This document shows, in pieces, positions 9,318 to 19,376 of a stretch of DNA of 64,000 nucleotides; the first letter of the stretch is position 1, and each line of letters opens with the position of its first letter. Source of the stretch: Candidatus Methanomethylophilaceae archaeon (GTDB lineage: Archaea; Thermoplasmatota; Thermoplasmata; Methanomassiliicoccales; Methanomethylophilaceae); contig JAFTYV010000021.1 in NCBI GenBank assembly GCA_017461225.1, positions 46,556 through 110,555 on the forward strand. The letters run 5' to 3'. The position numbers and the translations under genes are program-made. The notes beneath the pieces are model-generated. The model did not search any database. It saw only the letters and a list, made by a program, of their open reading frames with translations, and was not told where the DNA came from.

Positions 9318-10799
9318 TTATGCGAACATCGCTGCCGCCGCGGCCTCGCAGAGGTCGAACACGATCTGGGGGTAGACTCCCAGAACGATGACGGCGACGA
9401 CACAGATCACGATCGCGACCATGAAGGGCGCGGGGATCGAGACCTTCTCGGTGGAGGTTCCCTTCTCGACGTACATCGCCTTGACCACTCTTGCGTAGTA
9501 GTACAGGGAGATGGCGGAGTTGAGGATGGCGATGAACGCCAGCCAGACCCACTGGGAAGTTACTCCGTCCAGGCTTCCGATTGCGGAGGAGAACAGGAAG
9601 AACTTCGAGGTGAATCCCGCGAGAGGGGGGATACCGGCCAAGGAGAACAGGAACAGCATCATCGCGAATGCGAGGAAGGGTGCCCTCTTTGCAAGTCCCC
9701 TGTAGTCGGAGATCTTCTCGCCGATTCCGGCGCAGATGAGTGCACCGACGATGAGGAACGCTCCTCCCTTCATGAACACGTGGGTGAACATGTGGAAGAG
9801 ACCTCCTGCGAGAGCGTACTCGGACATGACCGCCATGACGATCAGGATGTAACCTGCCTGGGCGATGGAGGAGTATGCGAGCATCCTCTTGATGTTGTTC
9901 TGTGCGATGGCCACGACGTTTCCGACGGTCATGGTGAACGCCGCGATGATGGCGAAGAGGTACTGGACCTCGGGGCCCGCGATCGCGGAGCATGCCGTAC
10001 CGGAGACGAACATGATCAGGAAGATCTGGAAGAAGACCCCCAGACCCATCTTCTTGGATCCCGTTGCCAGGAACATGGAGACGGGTGTGGACGCTCCCTC
10101 GTAGACATCGGGTGCCCACATGTGGAAGGGAACGGCTGCGATCTTGAATCCGTATCCTGCGATCATGGAGACGAGCGCGATGGCGAACATCCAGTTCATT
10201 CCGGTGAGCTGCGTCTGTGCCGCGATGTCGTTGATGACCGTGGTTCCGGTCAGACCGTAGAGCATGGAGATACCGTAGATGGTCAGCGCGGTGGACATTC
10301 CTCCGATGATGACGTACTTGACGGCGGCCTCCGCTGCCCTGGAGTCCTTCCTCTTCAGGGAGACGAGGGCGTAGGACGAGATACTGGTCAGCTCCACTCC
10401 GATGAAGATGGAGACGAGATCCATAGATCCCGCGACGAACATCATACCGGTGGTGGCGCCGAGGAGCAGTGCGTAGTACGCTCCGACGTGGAGCCTGGTG
10501 GTCTCGATGCTGGCGTTGGACACCAGGACACCGAGGAACAGGACGACCTGGAAGATCAGGACCATGAGCCCGGTGTAGGCGTCGTATGTGTAGAGGTCGA
10601 AGGCCTTTCCGGTGAACTCCTCTGCGATGAGCATGGCGTTGACCGCGATGGACGCGATCACGAGCACCAGTGCGACCGCCCAGGTGGCGGTCCTGTTCTT
10701 GCTGAGCAGCTGTATTCCGGGGAGGATCAGTGCTCCCACGATCAGGATGAGCATGGGGGCGATTGCTGTGTAGTCTCCGAATATTGCGGTCATATCCAT
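9318..10799 (-). CDS. fpoN: Fpo/Nuo-like subunit N
   Basis: Antiporter-like membrane protein: EAAVKY, FKIAAVPFHMWAPDVYEGA, KRMLAYSSIAQAG. Confidence 0.93.
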   Translation of the reverse strand: MDMTAIFGDYTAIAPMLILIVGALILPGIQLLSKNRTATWAVALVLVIASIAVNAMLIAEEFTGKAFDLYTYDAYTGLMVLIFQVVLFLGVLVSNASIETTRLHVGAYYALLLGATTGMMFVAGSMDLVSIFIGVELTSISSYALVSLKRKDSRAAEAAVKYVIIGGMSTALTIYGISMLYGLTGTTVINDIAAQTQLTGMNWMFAIALVSMIAGYGFKIAAVPFHMWAPDVYEGASTPVSMFLATGSKKMGLGVFFQIFLIMFVSGTACSAIAGPEVQYLFAIIAAFTMTVGNVVAIAQNNIKRMLAYSSIAQAGYILIVMAVMSEYALAGGLFHMFTHVFMKGGAFLIVGALICAGIGEKISDYRGLAKRAPFLAFAMMLFLFSLAGIPPLAGFTSKFFLFSSAIGSLDGVTSQWVWLAFIAILNSAISLYYYARVVKAMYVEKGTSTEKVSIPAPFMVAIVICVVAVIVLGVYPQIVFDLCEAAAAAMFA

Positions 10800-12304
10800 C
10801 AGATCACGACTCCCATGTTAGCGAGAGCGGACACGTAGGGCTCGATGAAGGACAGTGCCGCGTCGGGCCACACTCCGAAGAATGCGACGAGGACGACGAG
10901 AACCGCCAGAGCGATACCTTCGGTCTTGCTGACGTCGTGTGCGTGTGTGAGGTCGATCTTGGTCGTCTCGGGTCCGAACAGCGTCCTCTGCATGGCCCAC
11001 AGGTAGTATCCTGCGGTGAGCATGAGGGACAGCAGGCAGAACAGGATCAGCCAGAGCGCGTCGTTCGCGATCACGAACTCGTAGAACGCGAAGATGACGG
11101 GGAACTCTCCCCAGAATCCGACGAGACCGGGCAGTCCGAGGGACGCCATGAATCCGATCATCATGAACAGTGCGTACATGGGCATCCTTCCGGCGAGTCC
11201 GCCGAGGAGGGGGATCTCCCTGGTTCCGACCTTGTGACCGGTCATTCCGCAGACCATGAACAGGATGGCGGTGATGAGTCCGTGGGCGAACATCTGGAAG
11301 ATCGCGAAGGTCACTCCGGCCTCGGAGAGACATCCGATTCCCAGCATGACCATTCCCATGTGGCTGATGGACGAGAATGCGACCATCTTCTTGAGGTCCG
11401 TCTGTGCGATACATCCGTAGGCACCGTAGACGATGGACAGGAGGGCGATAGCGATGACGACCCACTGCCAGTACTCCGCTCCCAGGGGGAGGGCCTCGAG
11501 GCAGATACGGATGATTCCGTAGGATCCCATCTTAAGCATGACGCCTGCAAGGAGGACGGATCCTCCGGTGGGTGCCTCCGTGTGTGCGTCGGGAAGCCAT
11601 GTGTGGAAGGGCACGACGGGCATCTTGACGGCGAATCCGAAGAACAGGAGCGCGAACACGAGCACCTGGAACATCTCGGATGCACCGGCGATTGCGGGGT
11701 TGATGACACTGAACGCGAAGTCGACGACTCCGGTTCCGGTGATCTGTGCGGCCTCGAATGCCATCGCGAAGATTCCGATCAGCATGACGAGGGACGCCAC
11801 GTGGGTGTAGATGAAGAACTTGATCGCGGCGTAGTGCCTGCGGGGTCCTCCATACCAGGAGATCATGAAGTACATGGGGATGAGGGTGACCTCCCACATG
11901 ACGTAGAACAGGAAGTAGTCCGCTGCCATGTAGACTCCCATGAGTCCGACCTCCATCGCGAGCAGGAGTGCGTGGAAGTAGTTGGGCCTGTCCTCCTCCT
12001 CTGCGGAGAGGATGACGACCAGCAGGACCAGCAGTGCGGTCAGGAAGACCATCAGGACACTGAGTCCGTCGACGGCCAGCGTGAAGCTGATCGCGATGGC
12101 GGACGTCTGGATCCACGCGTAGCTCTCTGCGAGTGCCCCCATGTCATCGGCGAAGAGCACGAGGAGTGCGAGCACGAGCGTGATCGCCGAGAACACTCCT
12201 GCGACGACCTTGGCGTATTTCTGTTTCTCTCCTCCCATGAACAGGGTAGCGATAGCTCCGATCAGGGGGACGACGATGAGTAGTGAAAGTATCGGTATAT
12301 CCAT
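10799..12304 (-). CDS. fpoM: Fpo/Nuo-like subunit M
   Basis: VDGLS, AVKMPVVPFHTWLPDAHTEAPT, LKKMVAFSSISHMG. Confidence 0.94.
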   Translation of the reverse strand: MDIPILSLLIVVPLIGAIATLFMGGEKQKYAKVVAGVFSAITLVLALLVLFADDMGALAESYAWIQTSAIAISFTLAVDGLSVLMVFLTALLVLLVVILSAEEEDRPNYFHALLLAMEVGLMGVYMAADYFLFYVMWEVTLIPMYFMISWYGGPRRHYAAIKFFIYTHVASLVMLIGIFAMAFEAAQITGTGVVDFAFSVINPAIAGASEMFQVLVFALLFFGFAVKMPVVPFHTWLPDAHTEAPTGGSVLLAGVMLKMGSYGIIRICLEALPLGAEYWQWVVIAIALLSIVYGAYGCIAQTDLKKMVAFSSISHMGMVMLGIGCLSEAGVTFAIFQMFAHGLITAILFMVCGMTGHKVGTREIPLLGGLAGRMPMYALFMMIGFMASLGLPGLVGFWGEFPVIFAFYEFVIANDALWLILFCLLSLMLTAGYYLWAMQRTLFGPETTKIDLTHAHDVSKTEGIALAVLVVLVAFFGVWPDAALSFIEPYVSALANMGVVI

Positions 12305-12305
12305 C

Positions 12306-14351
12306 TCAGATTCCTCCCATAACCTTTGCGATCACGATGAAGAGCACGGAGATGACGGAGATTCCGAGGAGCACGATGGACGAGTAGTCCTGGACGTGTC
12401 CGCTCTGGACCTTGCTGAGTGCGTCTCCACCGCCGACGACTGCGCCGGAGAGACCGTTGACGGTACCGTCGACGATCTGCCTGTCGATGAAGTTGACTCC
12501 GCGTGCGACTCCGTATCCGAGCTTCCAGGAGATCTGGTTGTAGAGGTCGGGGAACCACCATCTCTTGGTGAGTGCCTTGTACAGCCAGGACTCCCCGTCC
12601 TTGTTGAACGCACCGGGGTTCATGGTCTTCTTCGCGTACATGAGGTACGCGATTCCGATACCGACCAGTGCCAACACGATTGTCAGGTATGTGTAGGGGC
12701 TTGTGAAGATGTGCTCGAAGTGGTGGAATCCACCGGCCTCTCCGCCTCCGACGATGAACGCATCGGGGGTGACGGTGAAGGAGACCATCGCGTCGAGTCC
12801 GAAGAGGATGAGGAATCCGCTTCCGAACGCGAGGACGGCGAGCACGATCAGGGGGAAGGTCATTGTCTTGGGGGACTCTCCGTGGCAGTGCTGGGTCGCG
12901 TGTCCCTCCTCGCCCATGAAGGTCATAAACCACATGCGGAACATGTAGAACGCGGTCATGAACGCGGTGATGATGGCGAGGATCCACATGACGGTGAACC
13001 AGACGGTTCCGTCGTGTCCTGCCTCCATTGCGATCTCGAGGACGAGATCCTTGGACCAGAATCCGCTGAAGAAGGGGAATCCGGCGATGGACAGGGATCC
13101 GATGAGCATTGTCAGGGATGTGATCTTCATGTGCTTTCCGAGACCGCCCATCTCGCGCATGTCCTCAGTACCGACAGCGTGGATGACGGATCCGGAACAC
13201 ATGAACAGCAGGGCCTTGAAGAACGCGTGGTTCATCATGTGGAAGCATCCCGCGACCATTCCGGCGGAACCGGCGGTGATGAGTGCTGCTCCCTCCGCTC
13301 CCTCCATTCCCATACCGAGTGCGACGAGGTATCCTCCCGCACCGAGGGCCAGGATCATGTATCCGAGCTGGGAGATGGTGGAGTATGCAAGGACCTTCTT
13401 GATGTTCATGTTGTTGAGTGCCATGGTCGCCGCGATGAATGCGGTGACTCCTCCGATGACTCCGACGAAGAGCATGACCTCCGCGTTCTGGATGAAGAGG
13501 GGGTATCCCCTGGCGACGAGGTAGACTCCCGCCTTGACCATTGTCGCCGCGTGGATAAGCGAGGACACAGTGGTGGGTCCTGCCATCGCATCGGGCAGCC
13601 AGTCGTGGAGGGGGAACTGTGCGCTCTTTCCGATGACTCCTCCGAAGATGAGGAACATCGCGAGTGTGAGCATGTCGGAATCGACCGCTGCGATGTTCGC
13701 GGGGTCGAAGAGTGTGCTGTAGTCGAGGCTGTGGAACTCGCCGAGCAGGATGAAGAGTCCGGCCATGAGGCAGACGTCTCCGAGACGCGTGACGAGGAAA
13801 GCCTTCTTCGCCGCGGAAGCGGCGTTTGCGGAAGCTGCATCTCCCTCGGGGTGCCTGAAGGACCAGAATCCGATCAGCAGGTAGGAACAGAGTCCCATGA
13901 CCTCCCAGAAGATGAACATCTCGAGGAAGTTGCTGGAGACGACGAGTCCGAGCATTCCGGTCAGGAAGAGGGAGACCTCGGCGTAGTACCTGTTCTTCCT
14001 CTCGCCCTGGTCGCCCATGTATCCGATGGAGTAGATGAAGATCAGGGTGGAGATGAACGAGGCGAACAGCATCATCAGACAGGTGAGGCCGTCGACGTAG
14101 TATCCGAGGTTGATCACGAAGTCGGTGGATCCAGGGATGACGAACCACTGGATGGACTCGACCACGGGGTTGGGGTATGTGTCGCCGGTGAGGTACTCGT
14201 AGGAGATCAGCGCGGCGATCACGAAGGAGATCAGTGCACCTGCGATGGCGAAGTATCCGCCCTTCTCAGGGGTCTTCCTTCCGATGAGACCTATGAGCAG
14301 GAAGCAGATCATGGGCACGAGGGGCACGAGCCAAGTGTATTCTATGAACAT
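12306..14351 (-). CDS. fpoL: Fpo/Nuo-like subunit L
   Basis: GKSAQFPLHDWLPDAMAGPTTVSSLIHAATMV, KKVLAYSTISQLG, HAFFKALLF. Start MFIEY at 14351. Confidence 0.95.
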   Translation of the reverse strand: MFIEYTWLVPLVPMICFLLIGLIGRKTPEKGGYFAIAGALISFVIAALISYEYLTGDTYPNPVVESIQWFVIPGSTDFVINLGYYVDGLTCLMMLFASFISTLIFIYSIGYMGDQGERKNRYYAEVSLFLTGMLGLVVSSNFLEMFIFWEVMGLCSYLLIGFWSFRHPEGDAASANAASAAKKAFLVTRLGDVCLMAGLFILLGEFHSLDYSTLFDPANIAAVDSDMLTLAMFLIFGGVIGKSAQFPLHDWLPDAMAGPTTVSSLIHAATMVKAGVYLVARGYPLFIQNAEVMLFVGVIGGVTAFIAATMALNNMNIKKVLAYSTISQLGYMILALGAGGYLVALGMGMEGAEGAALITAGSAGMVAGCFHMMNHAFFKALLFMCSGSVIHAVGTEDMREMGGLGKHMKITSLTMLIGSLSIAGFPFFSGFWSKDLVLEIAMEAGHDGTVWFTVMWILAIITAFMTAFYMFRMWFMTFMGEEGHATQHCHGESPKTMTFPLIVLAVLAFGSGFLILFGLDAMVSFTVTPDAFIVGGGEAGGFHHFEHIFTSPYTYLTIVLALVGIGIAYLMYAKKTMNPGAFNKDGESWLYKALTKRWWFPDLYNQISWKLGYGVARGVNFIDRQIVDGTVNGLSGAVVGGGDALSKVQSGHVQDYSSIVLLGISVISVLFIVIAKVMGGI

Positions 14352-14353
14352 TC

Positions 14354-14662
14354 TTACCACCTCAGGGTCCTGAGCTGCTCATCATCGAGCTCAGTTGTCT
14401 TTCTCATCTTGTATGCGTTGAGCAGGATAGCGATACCGACTGCGACCTCCGCCGCTGCGACGGAGATGGACATGATGACGAACACCTGTCCCATGATGTC
14501 GGTTGTGAAGGCTCCGAATGCGACGAAGTTGATGTTGGCCGCATTGAGCATGAGCTCGATGCACATCAGGACGACGATCGCGTTGCTCTTGGTCATCGCT
14601 CCGTATGCTCCGATGGCGAAGAGGATCGCTCCGAGGACGAGGTAGTACTCAATTGGAATCAT
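14354..14662 (-). CDS. fpoK: Fpo/Nuo-like subunit K
   Basis: IELMLNAANINFV, VAAAEVAVGIAI. Start MIPIEYY at 14662. Confidence 0.93.
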   Translation of the reverse strand: MIPIEYYLVLGAILFAIGAYGAMTKSNAIVVLMCIELMLNAANINFVAFGAFTTDIMGQVFVIMSISVAAAEVAVGIAILLNAYKMRKTTELDDEQLRTLRW

Positions 14663-14960
14663 CTTTCTCGACCTCCTCCTTTGCAATGCACACTCCACCG
14701 ACCATCGCGCCGAACATCAGGACGGCGAGGGGGATCAGTGCGAGACCGTACTTCTCGAAGATGGTGTATCCGAGGGATTCCTCCTTCAGCTCACCGTTCT
14801 CATCCCAGATGCTGTCGCCGTCGTCCGTGGGGAAGACGGGGACCTCGTGGGGCTGATCGTTTGTGACGTGGTCGTCCCACTCGGTGGTGGCGATTCCCAC
14901 GCAGAGGACTGCGAGCAGGATGACGGAGACGGCTGCGCCGATCACGACCTTCTTGTTCAT
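14649..14960 (-). CDS. fpoJ2: Fpo-like subunit J, C-terminal half (J2)
   Basis: LGYTIFEKYGLALIPLAVLMFGAMVGGVCIA resembles the NuoJ C-terminus; lies between J1 and K. Confidence 0.8.
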   Translation of the reverse strand: MNKKVVIGAAVSVILLAVLCVGIATTEWDDHVTNDQPHEVPVFPTDDGDSIWDENGELKEESLGYTIFEKYGLALIPLAVLMFGAMVGGVCIAKEEVEKDDSN

Positions 14961-15295
14961 TCGGAGTCCCCTCCTTTCTTCATAATATACCTCCTGGTAA
15001 GCATGATGCTGAACGCGAACAGGATGGTGATTGCACCGACGTACACCAGCAACTGGACCACTGCCATGAACTCGGCCTCGAGGAAGAGGTAGACGAATCC
15101 GATGCAGAGGAAGACGAGCGCGAGGTAGAACGCACTGTGGACGACCTCCTTGTCCGTGACGACATACAACGCGGCGAGGATTGCGATCGCCGAGAGGATG
15201 AGGAAGGCCACGAGGTCCAGGTTGCCCAGCACATAGTTGCCGAAGTCGATTGCTCCGTTCCACATGGCGTCAGCGAACTCCATGATGGCACTCAT
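14957..15295 (-). CDS. fpoJ1: Fpo-like subunit J, N-terminal half (J1)
   Basis: VVHSAFYL, AEFMAVVQLLVYVGAITILF. Confidence 0.9.
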   Translation of the reverse strand: MSAIMEFADAMWNGAIDFGNYVLGNLDLVAFLILSAIAILAALYVVTDKEVVHSAFYLALVFLCIGFVYLFLEAEFMAVVQLLVYVGAITILFAFSIMLTRRYIMKKGGDSE

Positions 15296-16035
15296 CAGAG
15301 CACCTCCTTGATCTGAAGGGCATCCTTGGGGCAGTCAAGAACACAGTTGCTGCAGCAGATGCACTTCGAGTTGTCGATGACCGGACGAAGGATGGGTTTG
15401 CCCTTGTCGTTGACTCCCTTCTCGACCATCTCGATGGCGTCGACGGGACAGACCTTGGCGCACTTCTTGCATCCGATGCACTTGTTGTCGATGAGCTCGG
15501 GCCTGTCGATGTCGAAGAGGGAGACGCGCCTCTCGGGGTTTCCGTTCTCGATATCGGAGGGCAGTGTGACCTCCAGTTTGACCTCCATCTCCTCGGTGGT
15601 TCCCTCGTAGTGGAGCCTCCTGGGGCCGTAGAGCAGGTCGTACCTGGTGTACTCTGCGAGCTCATACTCGGGGGTGACGGTCATGGCGTCGAGCGGACAG
15701 TACTCCGCGCAGTAACCGCACATGGCGCACCTTCCGAGGTTGACCTGGGGCCTCATGACGGGTTTTCCCTCGTCGTCTGCGACCTCGATCAGTTTGATAC
15801 ATGCGGTGGGGCACATGCGGACGCACATACCGCAACCGACACACTTGTCGAACCTGAGTCCGGGGCGTCCGCGGTAGTTGTCCGGGATCCACTCCTTCTC
15901 GTAGGGGTAGAGCACTGTGACGGGTCTGTGGAAGATGTTCTTCCAGAACAGCTTTCCGACCACGACGAAGGGTTTCATGACCCAGAGGCTCTTCGCCAGG
16001 TTCTTGGGATACTTGTCAAGATACTTTATCGCCAT
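15295..16035 (-). CDS. fpoI: Fpo-like subunit I with extra C-terminal 2x[4Fe-4S] domain
   Basis: VTVLYPYE, YRGRP and four CxxCxxCxxxCP motifs. Start MAIKY at 16035. Confidence 0.92.
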   Translation of the reverse strand: MAIKYLDKYPKNLAKSLWVMKPFVVVGKLFWKNIFHRPVTVLYPYEKEWIPDNYRGRPGLRFDKCVGCGMCVRMCPTACIKLIEVADDEGKPVMRPQVNLGRCAMCGYCAEYCPLDAMTVTPEYELAEYTRYDLLYGPRRLHYEGTTEEMEVKLEVTLPSDIENGNPERRVSLFDIDRPELIDNKCIGCKKCAKVCPVDAIEMVEKGVNDKGKPILRPVIDNSKCICCSNCVLDCPKDALQIKEVL

Positions 16036-17192
16036 CAGAACACACCTCCGACCTTCAGGAGAATGACAACCGCGAGGTTGAAGATGGACAGGGGCAGGAA
16101 GACCTTCCAACCGAGGTTGAGGATCTGGTCGGTCCTGACACGTGCGAGCGCGGCCCTTGCGTAGCTCATGAAGAAGAACACGATGTAGGCCTTGAGCAGG
16201 AACACGATCTCAGGGATGGGTCCATCGCCGATGAAGGGCAGGGTCCATCCGCCGAGGAAGAGGATGACGAACATGGAACAGGAGACGGATCCCCTCATGT
16301 AGTCAGCCAGCATGACGAGTCCCCACTTCATTCCCGCGTACTCCGTCTGCCATCCCTCGACCAGCTCGGCCTCCGCCTCAGCGATATCGAAGGGGACACG
16401 CTCCGCCTCTGCGACCGCACAGGTGAAGAACGTGATCGCTCCGATGACCTGGGGTATGATGTACCAGACAGAGTCCATCTGAGCGTAGACGATGTCGTTG
16501 ATGTTGAAGCTGCCAGCGAGGAGCGCGGACGTCGTGATCAGGATGAGCATGGGTGCCTCGTACGAGATCATGAGCTCTGCTGCCCTCATTCCTCCGATCA
16601 TGGAGTACTTGTTGTTCTGTGCCCATCCGGAAACGAGGATGAAGAACGGTGCGAGCGCGAAGAACGCCATGATGATGAGGAGACCTGTGTCGTAGTCCAC
16701 GACGTACCACCTGCTGGACAGGGGCACCATGCAGAGAACTAGGACGGAGACCCCGATGACGAGGGTGACGGTCCACATGTAGGTCATCTTGTCGACCTTC
16801 GCGGGGATCGTGTTCTCCTTCTGGAAGGTCTTGAGACCGTCGGCGACACACTGGAGGAATCCTTTCATTCCGACCATTGTTCCCCTTCTGTCCATCATCC
16901 TTCCGAGGACCTTACGCTCCTCCCAGAGAACGATCAGCGTACTCACGAACGCGACGATGAAGATCAACAGCATGAAGACGATGAGACCGAGCAGTGTGGT
17001 CACTGCATCGCTCACGAGCCACTCGGAGACAACGTTGCCGGGGAAGATGAGGTCGATGAGCCACGCGAGCGTTCCACCGATGATCTCCCAGAGCTTGCAT
17101 CCGATGTCGTAGGGGAGGTTGTAGGATTCGAAGGGCGTGTAGACGTTCGCCATCGTGTCCTTGTAGACGATCCAATCAAGAATGTGTCCCAT
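16035..17192 (-). CDS. fpoH: Fpo/Nuo-like subunit H
   Basis: ERKVLGRM, ADGLKTFQKE, NNKYSMIGGMR, RVPFDIAEAEAELVEGWQTEY. Start MGHILDW at 17192. Confidence 0.94.
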   Translation of the reverse strand: MGHILDWIVYKDTMANVYTPFESYNLPYDIGCKLWEIIGGTLAWLIDLIFPGNVVSEWLVSDAVTTLLGLIVFMLLIFIVAFVSTLIVLWEERKVLGRMMDRRGTMVGMKGFLQCVADGLKTFQKENTIPAKVDKMTYMWTVTLVIGVSVLVLCMVPLSSRWYVVDYDTGLLIIMAFFALAPFFILVSGWAQNNKYSMIGGMRAAELMISYEAPMLILITTSALLAGSFNINDIVYAQMDSVWYIIPQVIGAITFFTCAVAEAERVPFDIAEAEAELVEGWQTEYAGMKWGLVMLADYMRGSVSCSMFVILFLGGWTLPFIGDGPIPEIVFLLKAYIVFFFMSYARAALARVRTDQILNLGWKVFLPLSIFNLAVVILLKVGGVF

Positions 17193-17197
17193 TTGAA

Positions 17198-18343
17198 TCA
17201 CCTGTCGGTCTCCCCGAGGCACATGTCGATCTGAGCGAGGACCGCGGGAACATCCGCGACCCTGGTACCAACGGACATGGCCTTGGCGCCGGATACGTTC
17301 ACGAAGATGGGGCTGCGGACCTTGAGCCTGTAGGGCTTGTCGGTTCCGTCGGACACGAGGTACATGAGGGACTCTCCACGGGGATCCTCGAGCCTGGCGA
17401 AGGTTGTGCCGGCGGGGACCCTGCTGGGGGTCTTGACCCTGTAGGGTGCGTTCTTACCGAGAGCCTGGACCTTCTTGACGGCCTGCTTGATGATCTCACA
17501 GGACTGGAACATCTCCTCGATACGGATCATGTACCTTGCGTAGGAGTCTCCCTCCTTGAGGACGGGGACCTCGAAGTCGACAAGGTCGTAGTTGTCGTAG
17601 GGGTCGTCACGGCGGATGTCGAAGTCGACTCCACATCCCCTCATTGCGGGACCGGTGAGACCCATGTTGGCGACCTGCTCGCGGGTGAGGTAGCTGATGC
17701 CCTTCATCCTGGACACGAAGATGGACGAGTCGTCGACGAGTGCGACGATGTCCCAGAGCGCCTTCTCGAAGCGCTCGACGGTCCTGAGGATGTCCCTGTC
17801 GAACAGCTCGGTGGTGTCGTTCCTGACTCCTCCGATACGGGGGTAGTTTGTGGTCATCCTGGCTCCGCAGAGCTTGACGTTCAGGTCGAGGAAGAACTCC
17901 CTCTCCCTCATGGACCACAGGAACACGGTGTAGCTTCCGAGGTCGGTTCCGACTGCGGCGAGCCACATCAGGTGGGACTGGATACGGCAGACCTCGTCCG
18001 CGACGATCCTGATCCACTTGGCCTTCTCGGGGATGTCGATTCCGAGCGCCTTCTCGACTGTCATGCAGTAGAGGTGGGTGTACGTCATGGAAGCGGCATA
18101 GCAGAGACGGTCGGCCATGGGGATGATCTTGGGGTAGGTCCTGTTCTCGGTCTCCTTCTCCCAACCGCGGTGGAGGTAACCGACGATAGGCTCCGCATCG
18201 GTGACGATCTCTCCATCGACCTGAACCCTGAGGGTCCAGAGACCGTGGGAGAAGGGGTGCTGCGGACCCATCGTGAGCCACATCTTGTCGGTTTCCATCC
18301 TCTCTTCAATCTCTTTAACGGGTACAATAGAATCTGACATCAT
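17198..18343 (-). CDS. fpoD: Fpo/Nuo-like subunit D
   Basis: GPQHPFSHG, GYLHRG, EDPRGE, C-terminal GETDR; no complete NiFe CxxC motifs. Confidence 0.94.
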   Translation of the reverse strand: MMSDSIVPVKEIEERMETDKMWLTMGPQHPFSHGLWTLRVQVDGEIVTDAEPIVGYLHRGWEKETENRTYPKIIPMADRLCYAASMTYTHLYCMTVEKALGIDIPEKAKWIRIVADEVCRIQSHLMWLAAVGTDLGSYTVFLWSMREREFFLDLNVKLCGARMTTNYPRIGGVRNDTTELFDRDILRTVERFEKALWDIVALVDDSSIFVSRMKGISYLTREQVANMGLTGPAMRGCGVDFDIRRDDPYDNYDLVDFEVPVLKEGDSYARYMIRIEEMFQSCEIIKQAVKKVQALGKNAPYRVKTPSRVPAGTTFARLEDPRGESLMYLVSDGTDKPYRLKVRSPIFVNVSGAKAMSVGTRVADVPAVLAQIDMCLGETDR

Positions 18344-18810
18344 TCGGTCCCCCTGAGTTTGTAGGACTTCCTGAAGGGGAAGAACTCGTATGTCTTGGGT
18401 GTGAGGAGCCTCTCGAGCTTGGGGTGGTTGTCGAAGACGATGCCGAAGAGCTCCCAGGTCTCCCTCTCGTGCCAGTTCGCGCCCTCCCAGATGGGGGTGA
18501 CGGAATCGACATGGAGGTCGTCGGCGGGGATGTCCACGGACAGCTCGATCATGACACCGTTGTAGTAGTTCGTGAGGTGGTACACCGTCGCGAGGTGGTC
18601 CACGTAGTCCACTCCGATGACCGTGGAGCAGTGCTCGAAGGTCAGGTTGTCGTGGATATAGGAGCACACCTTGAAGATGTGCTCACGGGGCACCTTGGCG
18701 TGAACCCTGCGCACCTCGGTCTTGACGACCTCGACACAGGGGAACTTCTCGGGGAGAAGGGATGCGATCTCCTCGACAGTGGGGGTCTGGTAAACTGCAT
18801 CTGCGTCCAT
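18340..18810 (-). CDS. fpoC: Fpo/Nuo-like subunit C
   Basis: SVTPIWEGANWHERETWELFGIVF..HP, PFRKSY. Start MDADAVY at 18810. Confidence 0.92.
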   Translation of the reverse strand: MDADAVYQTPTVEEIASLLPEKFPCVEVVKTEVRRVHAKVPREHIFKVCSYIHDNLTFEHCSTVIGVDYVDHLATVYHLTNYYNGVMIELSVDIPADDLHVDSVTPIWEGANWHERETWELFGIVFDNHPKLERLLTPKTYEFFPFRKSYKLRGTE

Positions 18811-18812
18811 CC

Positions 18813-19376
18813 TCAGTCCTCCCAGAATGTTCCTCTCTTGAAGTAGCTCTCGATCTTCTTCTGGAGGAGCATGAATCCGTCGATCATTGCATCGGGACGC
18901 GCGGGGCATCCGGGGATGTATATGTCCACGGGCAGGATCTGGTCCAGACCCTGGACTGTGTTGTAGGAATCGTACCAGGGACCTCCCGAGATGGCGCACT
19001 CGCCCATCGCCACGACCCACTTGGGGTTGGGGATCTGCTCATAGAGACGCCTGAGGTCGGGACGGATCTTCTTGGAGATCCAGCCGTTGACCAGAAGGAT
19101 ATCGGTCTGCCTGGGTGAGGAACGGTAGATCATACCGTAGCGCTCCGCATCGTACCTGGGAGCGGAGGCGGCGGCCATCTCGAGCGCACAGCAGGCGAGA
19201 CCCCAGTGCAGAGGGTGCATGGAGTTCTTCATTGCCCAGGTCCAGATGGGACCGGTGAGCGAGTCGATGGTCTTCTTCGTTCCGGAGCTGAGGAGATCGT
19301 TGATCATGGCGTTGGACCACGACATGAACTCGTCAGCACTCATTGCAACTGCATGGGGGTAAAGGCTCATATCCAT
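18813..19376 (-). CDS. fpoB: Fpo/Nuo-like subunit B
   Basis: GLACCALEM, SPRQTD, GECAISGG, VDIYIPGCPARP; AGGAGG SD 7 nt upstream. Confidence 0.95.
   Translation of the reverse strand: MDMSLYPHAVAMSADEFMSWSNAMINDLLSSGTKKTIDSLTGPIWTWAMKNSMHPLHWGLACCALEMAAASAPRYDAERYGMIYRSSPRQTDILLVNGWISKKIRPDLRRLYEQIPNPKWVVAMGECAISGGPWYDSYNTVQGLDQILPVDIYIPGCPARPDAMIDGFMLLQKKIESYFKRGTFWED

Noticed and set aside
12141-14645. Long plus-strand ORFs (834 aa here; also 1564-3249, 10763-12283, 32409-34151, 49076-50803)
   Set aside because: They are antisense shadows of well-supported genes. High GC3 bias removes stop codons on the opposite strand, and the translations show no motifs.
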